Shown: positions 29,975 through 40,409 of the stretch, one piece after another
Numbering within the stretch: position 1 is the first letter of the stretch
Layout: each line of letters starts with the position of its first letter
Source: Thermodesulfobacteriota bacterium
GTDB taxonomy: Bacteria; Desulfobacterota_D; UBA1144; Nemesobacterales; UBA2774
Assembly (NCBI GenBank): GCA_965216785.1
Contig: OZ244197.1
Coordinates: 544,001 to 608,000 of the forward strand
DNA length: 64,000 bases
Direction: 5' to 3'
Translations under genes and position numbers: made by a program
Notes under the pieces: generated by a model
Database searches by the model: none
What the model saw: only the letters and a program-made list of their open reading frames with translations
What the model was told of the DNA's origin: nothing

Positions 29975-30071
29975 TAAATTTTATTATTGTCAGTTAATAT
30001 ATATTGCGAGAGAGTGCTGGTGACAGCATCTTGTTGGATACCGACCGGTAATCAATAGATCGAAGGAGGAT

Positions 30072-30947
30072 GTGATGAAAAAATCCCTGCAATATAAACA
30101 TTTTCTATTAATACTGCTCCTAGCAGTATCGTATGCGTCTTACGGTATAACGGGATGCGGCTCGAACGGAGGCGGCGGAGGCAACAAGAAAGTGACTATT
30201 AACGGCCTTATTGAAGACGTTATCGGCGGATCGGTGGAAGACATTAGGGTCACCGTATTTGAGAACGGTAACCGAAAGGATAGGGATACCACAAACTCAG
30301 CCGGAGAATTCAAACTGAAGTTCAAGCCGAACAACGAAGCTTCATCTGTAGAGATTGAATTTGAGCTTCCGGGCGTAACGTTATCGAGGTTTATAACAGT
30401 AACAAGGGACAGTGGTGTGAACCTGGATATTATTTTAGATACAATCGTACCAAGCGTGACAATAACGGGCTGGACAGTGGATCAGGATCGTCTAAATCTG
30501 TCAAGATTTGATGAGCTCTTGTTTAACGAGAAAGAGGCTACATTCCGGATTGACGGAAACGGAAGGAAGTGTATACAGGCAAACGGGGAAAGCAGGATAG
30601 AAATCACGGCAGAAAGCATCTCACTTATCGACTGCAGTGAAGGAATATCGGCTGAGAGCTTTGGGCTTGTTATACTGGAAGCGATTTTCGATATTAACCT
30701 GATAGCAAAGAATGACGGAATTAAATCCAAGGACAATTCCTCGGTAACTCTCGCGATGACCAGTGACGCGGAAGATAATAATATATTTATCACATCGACC
30801 AAAGAAAACGGCATTCGGGCTTCGGGCTCATCGAACGTTTTGATTGACCCGCAGAACCAGTGCACGATAACGGGAGCGAAAAACGCGATCAACCAGAGCG
30901 GCACTTCCACGGTTGATCCTGACGGCTGCACACTGGTAGTACCATAA
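30072..30947 (+). CDS. Putative lipoprotein (Ig-like domain + beta-helix-like repeats)
   Basis: Lipobox-like ITGC then a Gly linker; TTNSAGEF; repeated DGI/NGI turns. Confidence 0.65.
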   Translation: MMKKSLQYKHFLLILLLAVSYASYGITGCGSNGGGGGNKKVTINGLIEDVIGGSVEDIRVTVFENGNRKDRDTTNSAGEFKLKFKPNNEASSVEIEFELPGVTLSRFITVTRDSGVNLDIILDTIVPSVTITGWTVDQDRLNLSRFDELLFNEKEATFRIDGNGRKCIQANGESRIEITAESISLIDCSEGISAESFGLVILEAIFDINLIAKNDGIKSKDNSSVTLAMTSDAEDNNIFITSTKENGIRASGSSNVLIDPQNQCTITGAKNAINQSGTSTVDPDGCTLVVP

Positions 30948-30998
30948 GTAGAGTCGACAGAAGCTGTAGTGTTGCCGAGAAGTGGAGTTCTGACCTCG

Positions 30999-33701
30999 TC
31001 AGTGGGCTTCCGCCCAGTTAGAGCCTGTGCCGACGTCTACTTTTATGGGGACGCTTAGATCGTAAGCCCCCTCCATTTCGCTCTTTACCATTTCAGTGAG
31101 CTCTTGAGCTTCATCCTCTTTGACCTCAAAGAGGAGCTCATCGTGGACCTGGAGAATCATTCTGGATTCCAGGCCTGACTGTAATTTATCATGAATACGT
31201 ATCATGGCAATGTTAATGATATCGGCGGCAGAACCCTGGATGGGCGTGTTCATGGCAGCCCGCTCGCCGAAACCCCTCCTGTTCCTGTCGCCAGAGAGAA
31301 GCTCGGGAATGTAGCGCCTACGCCCTAGAATTGTTTCTGCGTAACCGCGGCTCTGGGCGAGGGCAACCGACTGATCTATGTATTCCCGGACCTTACCGTA
31401 CCGCTTGAAATATTCATCTATATAGCTCTTCGCGATAGAAACAGAGGTGCCTAGCTGTTTTGCGAGACCGAAAGCGCTGATGCCGTATATGATGCCGAAA
31501 TTTATATTCTTCGATAACCTTCTCATATCGGGAGTTACAAGGTCCTCGGATACTCCGAATATTTCCGCAGCTGTGCGGTTATGAATGTCGCTCCCATTTA
31601 TAAACGCCTCGGTGAGGCTGTCATCACCCGAGAAGTGCGCAAGGAGCCTGAGCTCGATTTGAGAGTAATCGGCAGAGAGTAGAATAAACCCCTGTTCGGG
31701 GACAAAGGCCTCGCGTATGCGCCTGCCCTGAGCGGTCTTAATGGGAATGTTCTGGAGGTTCGGGTCGCTTGATGACAACCTGCCTGTGGAAGAGCCGACG
31801 GGGTTAAAAGAGGTGTGTATTCTCCCGGTGTCGGGGTTAATGAGCTTAGGAAGAGCATCTACATATGTGGATTTAAGCTTAGCAAGGGTCCTGTGCTCAA
31901 GCACCTTTTCGGGGACTTGATGGAATTTGCTCAAGTCTGTCAGGACTTCTACATCAGTGGAAGGCTCTCCTGTTTTTGTGAGCTTCTTTTTTGGCAAGTC
32001 CAGTTTTTCGAACAAAACCTCTCTGAGCTGAAGAGGGGAATTAAGATTAAACTCATGTCCGACCTCGGAGTATATGTCCTTTTCAATCTCTTTAAGCCCG
32101 TGACTAAACTCTTTTGAAAGCTCTCCGAGCTTATCGGCATCTATCCTGACGCCGTTCATCTCGATACGCGCGAGCACCTCTATAAATCTGAGCTCGGTAT
32201 CTGTGAATACCTCTGTCAGTCCGTATTCTTCGAGCTTGGGCGTAAGTAGGCGGCTGAGTATAAACGCAACGTCCGAGTCTTCGCACGCGTAGTCCCTGGC
32301 CACTTCAAGCTCGACCTCGTCAAAGCCTATCTTGGACTTACCTGTCCCGGTTACGTCTTTGTAGCTTATCATTTTGTGCTCGAGGTAGATTTTGGAGAGC
32401 TCGTCCAGGCTATAGCTCTGCCTGGAGGAATCTATCATGTGCGCGGCTATCATGGTATCAAACGATATGCCATTTAACTTGATACCGTTTCGCTCAAGCA
32501 CTACGATTTCGTACTTTAAGTTCTGGCCTATCTTCTTTATTTTCTCATCTTCCAGTACGGGTTTCAGAGCGCTTATTACATAGGAGAGATCTAGCTGCTT
32601 TGTAGAGGCGTCCTTGAGCGCGCGGTGCGCCACGGGGACGTAATATGCCTCGTGTGGAGCGGGACATAGAACAAATCCCACAATGTGGGCAAGCATGGGC
32701 TCGGGGGAAGTGGTTTCGAGATCAATTGAGAGAACACCCTCTTTTTTTATTCTAGCTATTACATCTTTAAGGCCCGTTTTGGTTAAAATAAGCTTGTATT
32801 TATCATAGGGGACAGAACTGGACTCCTCTTTTTCGAGCTCTGCGTCGTCACTATCGCCAAGCTCGCGAAGAAGGTTCTTAAACTCGAGCTCTAAGAATAA
32901 TTTTCTCAGTTTTTTCTCGTCAACTCCTTCGTACTTGTATTTATCCAGTCCGGTTTCGACATCGACGTCTGTTTTTATCGTTACAAGCTCTTTACTAAGG
33001 CGCGCCATGTCCAGGTGCTCTTCAATTAAGCTCTTCTGACGGGGAGTCAGCTCGTCAAGGTGCTCCAGCAGCTCGTCAAACGAGCCATAGGCGCTTATAA
33101 GGCTTACAGCTGTCTTCTCGCCTATTCCCTTTACACCCGGAATGTTGTCCACGGAGTCGCCCATAAGAGTAAAGACATCTATTACTCTTTCAGGGAGGAC
33201 GCCGTATTTTTCAATGACGTCATTCACACGAGTCTCTTTATTCTTCATCGTATCTAGAAGAGTGACCTTATCGGTAACGAGCTGAGCGAAGTCTTTATCC
33301 CCTGTGACGAGTACTACGTCAACACTATCTTTGGATACCTCTTTGGCAATAGTTCCCATAAGATCGTCCGCCTCAAAGCCTTCCTGCTGAATCCGGGTTA
33401 TGTTGAAAGCGTCTACCATATCAAATATTTTCTGGAACTGAGGGACCAGGTCTTCGGGCGGCGCCGTTCTGTTGGCTTTGTACTCTGGATAAATATCGTT
33501 TCTGAAAACATCGCCCTTGGAGTCAAAGACCATGCCCAGGTACTCAGGGTTATAGTCTTTTAAAAACTTGAACAGCATCGCCGTGAAACCGTAAACGGCA
33601 TTTGTGGGAAAACCTTTTGAATTGCTCAGATGCCTGAGCGCGTAGTAGGCGCGGAAGATGTAGGAGCTTCCGTCTATGAGGTACAGGATGGGTTTTTCCA
33701 T
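30999..33701 (-). CDS. polA: DNA polymerase I
   Basis: IDGSSYIFRAY 5'-3' exonuclease, DLETT 3'-5' exonuclease, GRLSSSDPNLQNIP, DYSQIELR, QVHDEL. Confidence 0.98.
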   Translation of the reverse strand: MEKPILYLIDGSSYIFRAYYALRHLSNSKGFPTNAVYGFTAMLFKFLKDYNPEYLGMVFDSKGDVFRNDIYPEYKANRTAPPEDLVPQFQKIFDMVDAFNITRIQQEGFEADDLMGTIAKEVSKDSVDVVLVTGDKDFAQLVTDKVTLLDTMKNKETRVNDVIEKYGVLPERVIDVFTLMGDSVDNIPGVKGIGEKTAVSLISAYGSFDELLEHLDELTPRQKSLIEEHLDMARLSKELVTIKTDVDVETGLDKYKYEGVDEKKLRKLFLELEFKNLLRELGDSDDAELEKEESSSVPYDKYKLILTKTGLKDVIARIKKEGVLSIDLETTSPEPMLAHIVGFVLCPAPHEAYYVPVAHRALKDASTKQLDLSYVISALKPVLEDEKIKKIGQNLKYEIVVLERNGIKLNGISFDTMIAAHMIDSSRQSYSLDELSKIYLEHKMISYKDVTGTGKSKIGFDEVELEVARDYACEDSDVAFILSRLLTPKLEEYGLTEVFTDTELRFIEVLARIEMNGVRIDADKLGELSKEFSHGLKEIEKDIYSEVGHEFNLNSPLQLREVLFEKLDLPKKKLTKTGEPSTDVEVLTDLSKFHQVPEKVLEHRTLAKLKSTYVDALPKLINPDTGRIHTSFNPVGSSTGRLSSSDPNLQNIPIKTAQGRRIREAFVPEQGFILLSADYSQIELRLLAHFSGDDSLTEAFINGSDIHNRTAAEIFGVSEDLVTPDMRRLSKNINFGIIYGISAFGLAKQLGTSVSIAKSYIDEYFKRYGKVREYIDQSVALAQSRGYAETILGRRRYIPELLSGDRNRRGFGERAAMNTPIQGSAADIINIAMIRIHDKLQSGLESRMILQVHDELLFEVKEDEAQELTEMVKSEMEGAYDLSVPIKVDVGTGSNWAEAH

Positions 33702-33709
33702 AGGACTGT

Positions 33710-33738
33710 AGTGTAGGTTTTAAAGAGAGGAGTGTCAA
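33710..33738 (-). promoter_or_regulatory. Sigma70 promoter of polA (near-leaderless)
   Basis: Minus strand TTGACA-17-TACACT, 8 nt before the ATG, no SD. Confidence 0.6.
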
Positions 33739-33821
33739 AGATGGGATTACCGGAGCTCGTTTGGAAACTTGCAACGGCAAGAATTTCCAAAGTAGACAAA
33801 AAAAAGATAAACTAAAGTATA

Positions 33822-34166
33822 ATGGGATATTTAATAATAAGCTGGCTGATTAGCGCTGTGAGCCTACTCATTGTGGGCCAGGTTATACCAGGATTTGAGG
33901 TTGAAAGCTTTGGTTCTGCGCTTATTGCCGCGATAGTGATCGGGCTGATAAACGCGACTGTGGGGCTGTTCCTGAAAATAATCACCCTCCCAATATCTGT
34001 TCTAACATTTGGGGTATTCCTTCTAGTGATTAACGCCCTAATGCTGATGTTCGCGTCCTCACTGCTCTCCGGGTTTACGGTAACGGGTTTTTGGGCAGCG
34101 TTTTTCGGCGCTGTCGTGCTGGCAATAGTCAATATGGTTTTCAGGAGTATTATCGGGACGGACTAA
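33822..34166 (+). CDS. YvlD-like 4-TM membrane protein (phage holin superfamily IV)
   Basis: SALIAAIVIGLINA, LPISVLTFGVFLLVINA, GFWAAFFGA. Confidence 0.85.
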   Translation: MGYLIISWLISAVSLLIVGQVIPGFEVESFGSALIAAIVIGLINATVGLFLKIITLPISVLTFGVFLLVINALMLMFASSLLSGFTVTGFWAAFFGAVVLAIVNMVFRSIIGTD

Positions 34167-34171
34167 TGAGC

Positions 34172-35197
34172 TTACTTATGGGGCTCGACGATAATCTTGA
34201 TTGAATCCTGAGCTTCCTCAACCATGCGGAAGCCCTGCCCTGTTTCCTCAAGCGGTAGCCTATGAGTGACCATATCACCTACATTTACCCGCTTTGCTCT
34301 TATAAGCTCTAGAGCCTGGGCCAGGTCTGCCGGTGAAGCGGCATAGGAGCTTACAGTCTTTATCCCCGACCACCAGAAATCGTTAAACGGAATCTCGACC
34401 TTGGTATCGGGTCCGGAGGGGGCGAAGAATAGAATCGATCCTCCGGGCTCTACAAGCGTAAATGCCTGCTCGATTGCGGCCTGTGCGCCCGTACATACAA
34501 CGACAAAATCCACCAGCCTACCGGAATTGAGGTCCCTGATATGGGGATCTAGGTCTTTATCCGCATGAACGGAGCTATCGGCGCCAAAGTCGGTCGCGGC
34601 TTTAAGCCGGTGCTCGTTTACGTCGGTAGCTATGATGCGTCCCGCGCCAAGAGCCTTCGCCAGCTGAATATGCAGAAGGCCCGTGATACCGCTCCCCATT
34701 ACGAGCACGCTTGAGGTAAGTGTAAATCCAGCCAAACGCTGTCCCCTTACGACACAGCCCAAAGGCTCAACGAATGAACCCTCTTCATATGAGACTTCAT
34801 CGGGCAGCTTGAGAACCCCTCTGTCAACGTTAATAGCCGGGACGCGGATGTACTCTGAAAACCCGCCCGGATCAAAGTGGGTAGACCTTAAAGTAGAGCA
34901 TGATGAATGATTGTCCCTTAGGCAGTGATAACATGTGTTGCAGGGAACGTGGTGGGTGGCGATAACTCGGTCACCGGGCGTGAATTTCTCTACACCCTCT
35001 CCTACCTCCGTAACCTCGCCGGTTATCTCGTGTCCAAGAACAAGGGGCGCTTTCGGAAGTCTGTACCATTCCATCAAATCGCTCCCGCAGATGCCGCTTG
35101 CGTACACCCGTATGAGTATCTCACCGGGACCGATCTTTGGAACGGGAAGCTCCTCAAGACGTAAGTCCCGGTTGTTATAGTACATGGCTACGCGCAT
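34172..35197 (-). CDS. Zn-dependent (MDR) alcohol/polyol dehydrogenase
   Basis: CGSD, GHE, C..C..C structural Zn site, G.G..G. Confidence 0.9.
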   Translation of the reverse strand: MRVAMYYNNRDLRLEELPVPKIGPGEILIRVYASGICGSDLMEWYRLPKAPLVLGHEITGEVTEVGEGVEKFTPGDRVIATHHVPCNTCYHCLRDNHSSCSTLRSTHFDPGGFSEYIRVPAINVDRGVLKLPDEVSYEEGSFVEPLGCVVRGQRLAGFTLTSSVLVMGSGITGLLHIQLAKALGAGRIIATDVNEHRLKAATDFGADSSVHADKDLDPHIRDLNSGRLVDFVVVCTGAQAAIEQAFTLVEPGGSILFFAPSGPDTKVEIPFNDFWWSGIKTVSSYAASPADLAQALELIRAKRVNVGDMVTHRLPLEETGQGFRMVEEAQDSIKIIVEPHK

Positions 35198-35248
35198 TGG
35201 ATGATCCTTAAGATAAGCGTGAAATCCTCTATTGTGATACCGCGGAGC

Positions 35249-36064
35249 TTATGCATTGGCTGCTTTAGCAGTCTCTTCATCCTTTACTGTGAGAAAGAGA
35301 TCGTGCGCCTGTTTTGCGTTATTACCCTCGTGAACTATGGAGCGTATCGCCCTGATAATGGCTACGGGGTGATCGTTCTGCCAGATGTTTCTTCCCATAT
35401 CCACGCCGATTGCTCCCTGCTGGATGGCGCTGTACGTCATCTCGAGAACGTCCATTTCGGTCTCGAGCTTGGGCCCGCCCGCTATGACAATGGGCGCGGG
35501 GCAGGTGGAGGTAACTTTCTCAAAATCTTCACAGTAGTATGTCTTAACAATATGCGTTCCTAGCTCGGCGCATATCCTGCAGCATAGAGACAAATAACGG
35601 GCGTCTCTTTTCTCAAGCTCTTTGCCTACAGCGGTAATACCGAGCACGGGGATTCCGTACTTTTCGCCCTGATTTACAAGCTCCGCAAGATTGAGAAGGG
35701 TCTGGCGTTCATGATCGCTGCCTACGAACACCGAAATCCCAACACCGGCCACATTGAGCCTGATGGCTTCTTCGAAGGAAGTGGTGAGCCCTTCGTCTGT
35801 AAGATCGGGACCTATGATGCTTGTGCCGCCGGAGACTCTGAGCACTACGTTTGTAGCGGCCTGTGGGTCAACCGAGGAGCGGAGCACGCCTCTTGTGAGC
35901 ATTATGGTGTCTGCGTAGGGAAGGAGCGGCTCAATGGTTTTACGCGGGTTCTCAAGCCTATGAGTAGGCCCGAGGAAGTACCCGTGGTCGAGCGCAAGCA
36001 TTACTGCTTTACCCGTCTCGGGATTTATAATTCTGGACATTCTGTTTTTCATACCCCAGTCCAT
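35249..36064 (-). CDS. lsrF: LsrF-like class I aldolase / 3-hydroxy-5-phosphonooxypentane-2,4-dione thiolase
   Basis: MDWGMKNR, ALDHGYFLGPT, ELG..IVKTYY, AGGPK, GVDMGRNIWQ; start at ATG 36064. Confidence 0.85.
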   Translation of the reverse strand: MDWGMKNRMSRIINPETGKAVMLALDHGYFLGPTHRLENPRKTIEPLLPYADTIMLTRGVLRSSVDPQAATNVVLRVSGGTSIIGPDLTDEGLTTSFEEAIRLNVAGVGISVFVGSDHERQTLLNLAELVNQGEKYGIPVLGITAVGKELEKRDARYLSLCCRICAELGTHIVKTYYCEDFEKVTSTCPAPIVIAGGPKLETEMDVLEMTYSAIQQGAIGVDMGRNIWQNDHPVAIIRAIRSIVHEGNNAKQAHDLFLTVKDEETAKAANA

Positions 36065-36356
36065 ATCGATATTACCTCTCTTTTTTAGGAATATTTGAGA
36101 GGAAATGTAAAATAAGGCACGGAAAATGTCAATTAAACCCGTGCGCCGAGGAGATTTCGCACACTCCCTTAGTTCGTAGAATAGGGATAAAAAAACTTTT
36201 TTCACACAAAATTAACACTTCTCTGGTATATTTTAGTATATAAATCAAATGAGAAGTACTGTTTCGCTCACATAATTTTCACCCCACCCCCATATTTCGC
36301 AATTGCACATAGCCTGCCTAAAACATTAATTATTATTACATAATTACAGTAGATTA

Positions 36357-36503
36357 ATGGACTCTACAGGCAACGCATTTGCGAAAATACTACTTGACTG
36401 CGTAGCGGAAGCCCTTAAATTTATATATATGAACGATATAAACTCAAATAGGTACGATGCGAGACTGGAAAAGCTCAACGGACAAAGAGGTGTAAGAACA
36501 TGA
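36357..36503 (+). CDS. Possible 48-aa small ORF overlapping (ATGA) the hydrolase start
   Basis: Own translation MDSTGNAFAKILLDCVAEALKFIYMNDINSNRYDARLEKLNGQRGVRT; below the ORF-track cutoff. Confidence 0.35.
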   Translation: MDSTGNAFAKILLDCVAEALKFIYMNDINSNRYDARLEKLNGQRGVRT

Positions 36504-37462
36504 CTGCGGATCAGTCGGGAATAGTGCCGGTAAACGATATAAACATGTACTATGAAATTCATGGTGAAGGAGAGCCCCTGCTGCTGATTGAGGGCCTCGG
36601 GTACTCGAGCTGGATGTGGTATAAGCAAATCCCTGAGCTCTCCAAGGAATACCGCGTGATTGTTTACGACAACAGGGGAGTCGGGCGCTCCGATAAACCT
36701 GATTCAGAGTACACGATCGAACTCATGGCTGATGACGCGGCAGCGCTTCTTACCGTTCTAGGAGTGGAGTCAGCTCACGTGCTGGGAGTCTCTATGGGAG
36801 GCTATATCGCTCAGGAGCTTGCGCTCAGACACCCTGAGAAAGTAAGGAGCTTAATACTTGCCGGCACGAACAAGGGAGAAGGAAATTCGCTCAATAAAAA
36901 TTCGAGTCTCTTAAACGGTTATCTGAAACTGTGGGGGTTACTGCCGGGGATGCTGGAGATAAGCGGGAAAGCAAGCGTGCCCTCAATTAACCATAATTAT
37001 GGAGTGTCCAAAGAGGACAAGATAATGTACGGCCTGTCTGTCGCGCTCTCAAGGGAATTTTTCAGGGACCATCCCGAAGAGATCGACCGAATTGTTAAGT
37101 GGAGATTAGAGAACCCTCAACCGGGCTACGCATGAAAGCGTCAGTTCGCAGCCGGAATTAATTTTGACTCAGGCGGTAGAGCTCAGGAAATCAGGGTCCC
37201 TACCCTGATCGTTTCGGGGTCTCAGGACAATATTGTGTCTACGGAGAGCTCCATAAAGCTTGCGGAGGCAATTCCGGGGGCAAAGGTTGAAATCTTACCG
37301 AGAGCCGGTCATTTACTCTTTATCGAGCGCTCAGGGGAGTTTAACGAGCTTACACTCGGGTTCTTGGATTACCTGAGCGAAAAAGAAGATAAATTTTCGA
37401 AGCAGGAGCCGGTAAAGCTTGGGATGTTGAAAAAGCTCTTACCACTTTCAAAACAGGGATGA
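36500..37462 (+). pseudogene. Alpha/beta hydrolase interrupted by an in-frame TGA (37133-37135)
   Basis: GVSMGG nucleophile before the stop; frame continues KRQFAAG..PTLIVSGSQD..AGH with the acid and His residues after it. Confidence 0.75.
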
Positions 37463-37472
37463 AGAAGAGGGA

Positions 37473-38651
37473 TTAAATCCCGCACCTGTCCTTAGCATAC
37501 TTAAACGCTTCTAGAGCAGTGTCTATGTGCTCGTCCGTGTGCATCGCCATTAGAGTTGCTCTGATCCTGGACATTCCGTGAGGAACTGAAGGGGGGCGTA
37601 CAGCAGGGGTAAACACTCCTTTTTCTCTTAGCACCGCGGCGAACTCCACTGCGGGTCCGGCTTCACCTATAAGCACCGGCACTACAGCAGAATCAGAGGG
37701 TAGTATCTTAAGCCCGATTGTCTCAAGCTCACTTTTGAATCTATTAATTAACCGCCACAGGCGCTCTCTTCGTTCAGGCTCGTTCTCGATAATATCTATC
37801 GCGGCAATCGAGGCGGCAAGTGAAGAGGCGGGGAGCGAGGTATCGAAGATGTAGGATCTCACCCGGTTTCTAATAAAGTCAATTAGCTCCTGACTACCCG
37901 CTATATAACCTCCTAGAGAACCAACCGCTTTTGAAAGGGTGCCCATGACTACGGGGACGCGGCTCTCTACACCGAAGTGCTCTGTGGCTCCGCTCCCCTT
38001 CTCTCCAAGCACCCCGGTTGCGTGGGCCTCATCAACCATGAGCATAGCTCCGTACTTTTCTGCCAGTTGAACCAAATCGGGCAAAGGAGCGAGGTCACCG
38101 TCCATACTAAAGACAGTATCAGTCACGATGAGCTTTCGGGAAGGAGCTCCGGCATCGGCTTTTAATACCGATTCAAGAAACTCCATATCGAGGTGACGGT
38201 ATACCCTGACACTGGCCTTCGAGAGACGGCAGCCGTCAATAATCGATGCATGATTCAGCTCATCGCTGTAGACAATATCCCCCTCGCCTACAAGCGAGGA
38301 GATGGTTCCGACATTTGCGAGGTACCCGGAGCTAAATAGTATGGCCGCCTCGGTATTCTTAAAACGCGATAAATGTCCTTCAAGCTCACGGTGAAGATCG
38401 GAGCTTCCGCTGACGAGCCTCGAGCCGCCGGAGCCTGTGCCGTATTTCTCTAGCGCAAGCCTTGCGGCCTCTACAACCCTAGGGTCGACAGATAGCCCAA
38501 GGTAACTGTTGGAGGAAAGCAGTATGTGGCTCTTTCCGTTTATAGTAATTTCAGGGGACTGTCCGCTCTCTATATGCGTGAGAGTACGGAAAAGGTTTTT
38601 GTCATTAACTTGCTTTAATTCTTCTAATATCCAGTCAAGAGGGTCTTTCAT
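37473..38651 (-). CDS. bioF: 8-amino-7-oxononanoate synthase
   Basis: SNSYLGL, GSGGSRL.SG, NHASIIDG, FSMDGD, DEAHATG, TLSKA, RPPSVP. Confidence 0.93.
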   Translation of the reverse strand: MKDPLDWILEELKQVNDKNLFRTLTHIESGQSPEITINGKSHILLSSNSYLGLSVDPRVVEAARLALEKYGTGSGGSRLVSGSSDLHRELEGHLSRFKNTEAAILFSSGYLANVGTISSLVGEGDIVYSDELNHASIIDGCRLSKASVRVYRHLDMEFLESVLKADAGAPSRKLIVTDTVFSMDGDLAPLPDLVQLAEKYGAMLMVDEAHATGVLGEKGSGATEHFGVESRVPVVMGTLSKAVGSLGGYIAGSQELIDFIRNRVRSYIFDTSLPASSLAASIAAIDIIENEPERRERLWRLINRFKSELETIGLKILPSDSAVVPVLIGEAGPAVEFAAVLREKGVFTPAVRPPSVPHGMSRIRATLMAMHTDEHIDTALEAFKYAKDRCGI

Positions 38652-38690
38652 AGTCTAATACAAGATAGATTAAATGGATGTTGAGGTGTT

Positions 38691-40049
38691 TTAAAGCCCT
38701 TCGGTCGCGTTTTTAATTGAGCTGTATGTTACACGTAGAAGCTTTTTTAAATCATCCATGGGAATTCCAATGGGAGGCATTAGCACCACCACGTTTCCGA
38801 GGGGACGGATGAGCACTTCGTCTTCCATAGCCCGGTCCGCAACCTGCCAACCCATTTTGAGCTCGGGGGCATAGGGGGTCTTGGTCTCTTTATCTTCTAC
38901 AAGCTCGATACCCGCCATGAGTCCTTTGGACCTTACGTCCCCAACGTGCTTTAGGCCGCTGAACTCCCTGAGCTCATCTTCAAAGAGCTCGATCTTCTGG
39001 TCTAATTTTTCGAGAGTACTGTTGTTTTCAAACGCGTCCAGGTTGCCTATGGATGCCGCGCATGAGAGCGGGTTGCCGGCGTAGCTGTGACCGTGAAAAA
39101 ATGTTTTGAACTCTTCATAGTCCCCGAGAAAGGCCTCATATAACTCCTCTGTGGTAATGGTCGCCGAAAGAGGCAGGTATCCTCCTGTCATTCCCTTTCC
39201 GAGAACGAGTATATCGGGGGTTACCTGATCGTGCTCACATGCAAACATCTTGCCTGTTCGCCCAAACCCGGTGGCCACCTCATCCAGTATCATCAGCACG
39301 CCGTATTCGTCACAGTACTCTCTTACTTTTTTCAGATATCCCGGAGGTGATACGATCATGCCACCCGCCGCCTGCACGTAGGGCTCGAAGATCACTCCGA
39401 TAATCTGTTTATTGTGTTCCCTTAGTATTTTTTCAACCCCATCGGCGCACGCGAGATCGCACGACGGGTAGGATTTATTGAGCGGGCATCTGTAGCAATA
39501 ATATGAAGGAGCTTTGTAGTTCTCGATTAACAGGGGCTCAAACGCTGAATGGAACAAATCGATCCCCCCTACAGAAACGGCGCCCAGCGTATCTCCGTGA
39601 TACCCGTTCTCTAGGCTGATGAATTTAGTTTTTTCAGGCTTTCCCTTTAGCTTCCAGTATTGAAATGCCATTTTTAGTGCAACTTCCACAGCGCTTGCTC
39701 CGTCTCCTGAATAGAAAACCTTGCTTAAACCTGGAGGGCAGATATCTATAAGACGCTTAGCGAGCTCTGAAGCGGGAGGGTTAGTCACGCCTAAAAGAGT
39801 GCTGTGCGAAAGTCTGTCGACCTGCTCTTTTATTGAATTGTCGATCTCGGGCACTTTGTGGCCGTGAATATTGACCCAGAGGGAGGAAACGCCGTCAATG
39901 TATCTTTTACCTTCGGTATCGATTAAATAGGCCCCGTCGCCGCTCTCTATGACCACAGGGTCTTTCTCCCTATACTCCTTCATTTGAGTAAACGGGTGCC
40001 AGACGAACTGCTTGTCATACTCACCTAATTTTTTCGTTCGATCGGACAT
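38691..40049 (-). CDS. bioA: Adenosylmethionine-8-amino-7-oxononanoate aminotransferase
   Basis: WHPFTQM, DGVSSLWVNIHGH, YHGDT.GA.S, DEVATGFGRTG, HGHSY.GNPL. Confidence 0.95.
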   Translation of the reverse strand: MSDRTKKLGEYDKQFVWHPFTQMKEYREKDPVVIESGDGAYLIDTEGKRYIDGVSSLWVNIHGHKVPEIDNSIKEQVDRLSHSTLLGVTNPPASELAKRLIDICPPGLSKVFYSGDGASAVEVALKMAFQYWKLKGKPEKTKFISLENGYHGDTLGAVSVGGIDLFHSAFEPLLIENYKAPSYYCYRCPLNKSYPSCDLACADGVEKILREHNKQIIGVIFEPYVQAAGGMIVSPPGYLKKVREYCDEYGVLMILDEVATGFGRTGKMFACEHDQVTPDILVLGKGMTGGYLPLSATITTEELYEAFLGDYEEFKTFFHGHSYAGNPLSCAASIGNLDAFENNSTLEKLDQKIELFEDELREFSGLKHVGDVRSKGLMAGIELVEDKETKTPYAPELKMGWQVADRAMEDEVLIRPLGNVVVLMPPIGIPMDDLKKLLRVTYSSIKNATEGL

Positions 40050-40409
40050 GATAGTGTTTGAATACTAAATGAATTTAAATTATATTACATATTTTCTGAG
40101 GGGCATTTTTAGATCATTGAGCATTATTTGGGTAAGCCTCACAACTGATTAAAGCGAAGTTTTAGACTACAATAACGGCAATTAAAGTCAACAAAACCGA
40201 ACGCAGGCAAAGCAATTAACTGAATATATTGAATTATATCTGGTAAATCAGAAAATTTATAAGTAATATTATATCAACCAGATGATTCCGGTATACTAGG
40301 TCAAGTTATTAAAACCAATAAACTTGGGATTACACTAGAATATTGAAGCTCATGTGAGTATAGTGCTAATATAAAAGTGCCATGGCCACAGAAGGAGAAA
40401 GACAACATT

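Noticed and set aside
33822-34166. Prophage suggested by the holin-family gene
   Set aside because: YvlD-like proteins are common chromosomal membrane proteins and there are no phage genes nearby.
36303-36320. Possible sigma54 box upstream of the lsrF-like gene (AGGCAGGCTATGTGCA)
   Set aside because: GG-N10-GC spacing is right but there are several consensus mismatches and it lies about 240 bp from the start.
37133-37200. Selenocysteine or alternative genetic code at the in-frame TGA
   Set aside because: No convincing SECIS hairpin follows, the position is not a catalytic Cys site, and many genes here end in TGA while Trp is encoded by TGG.
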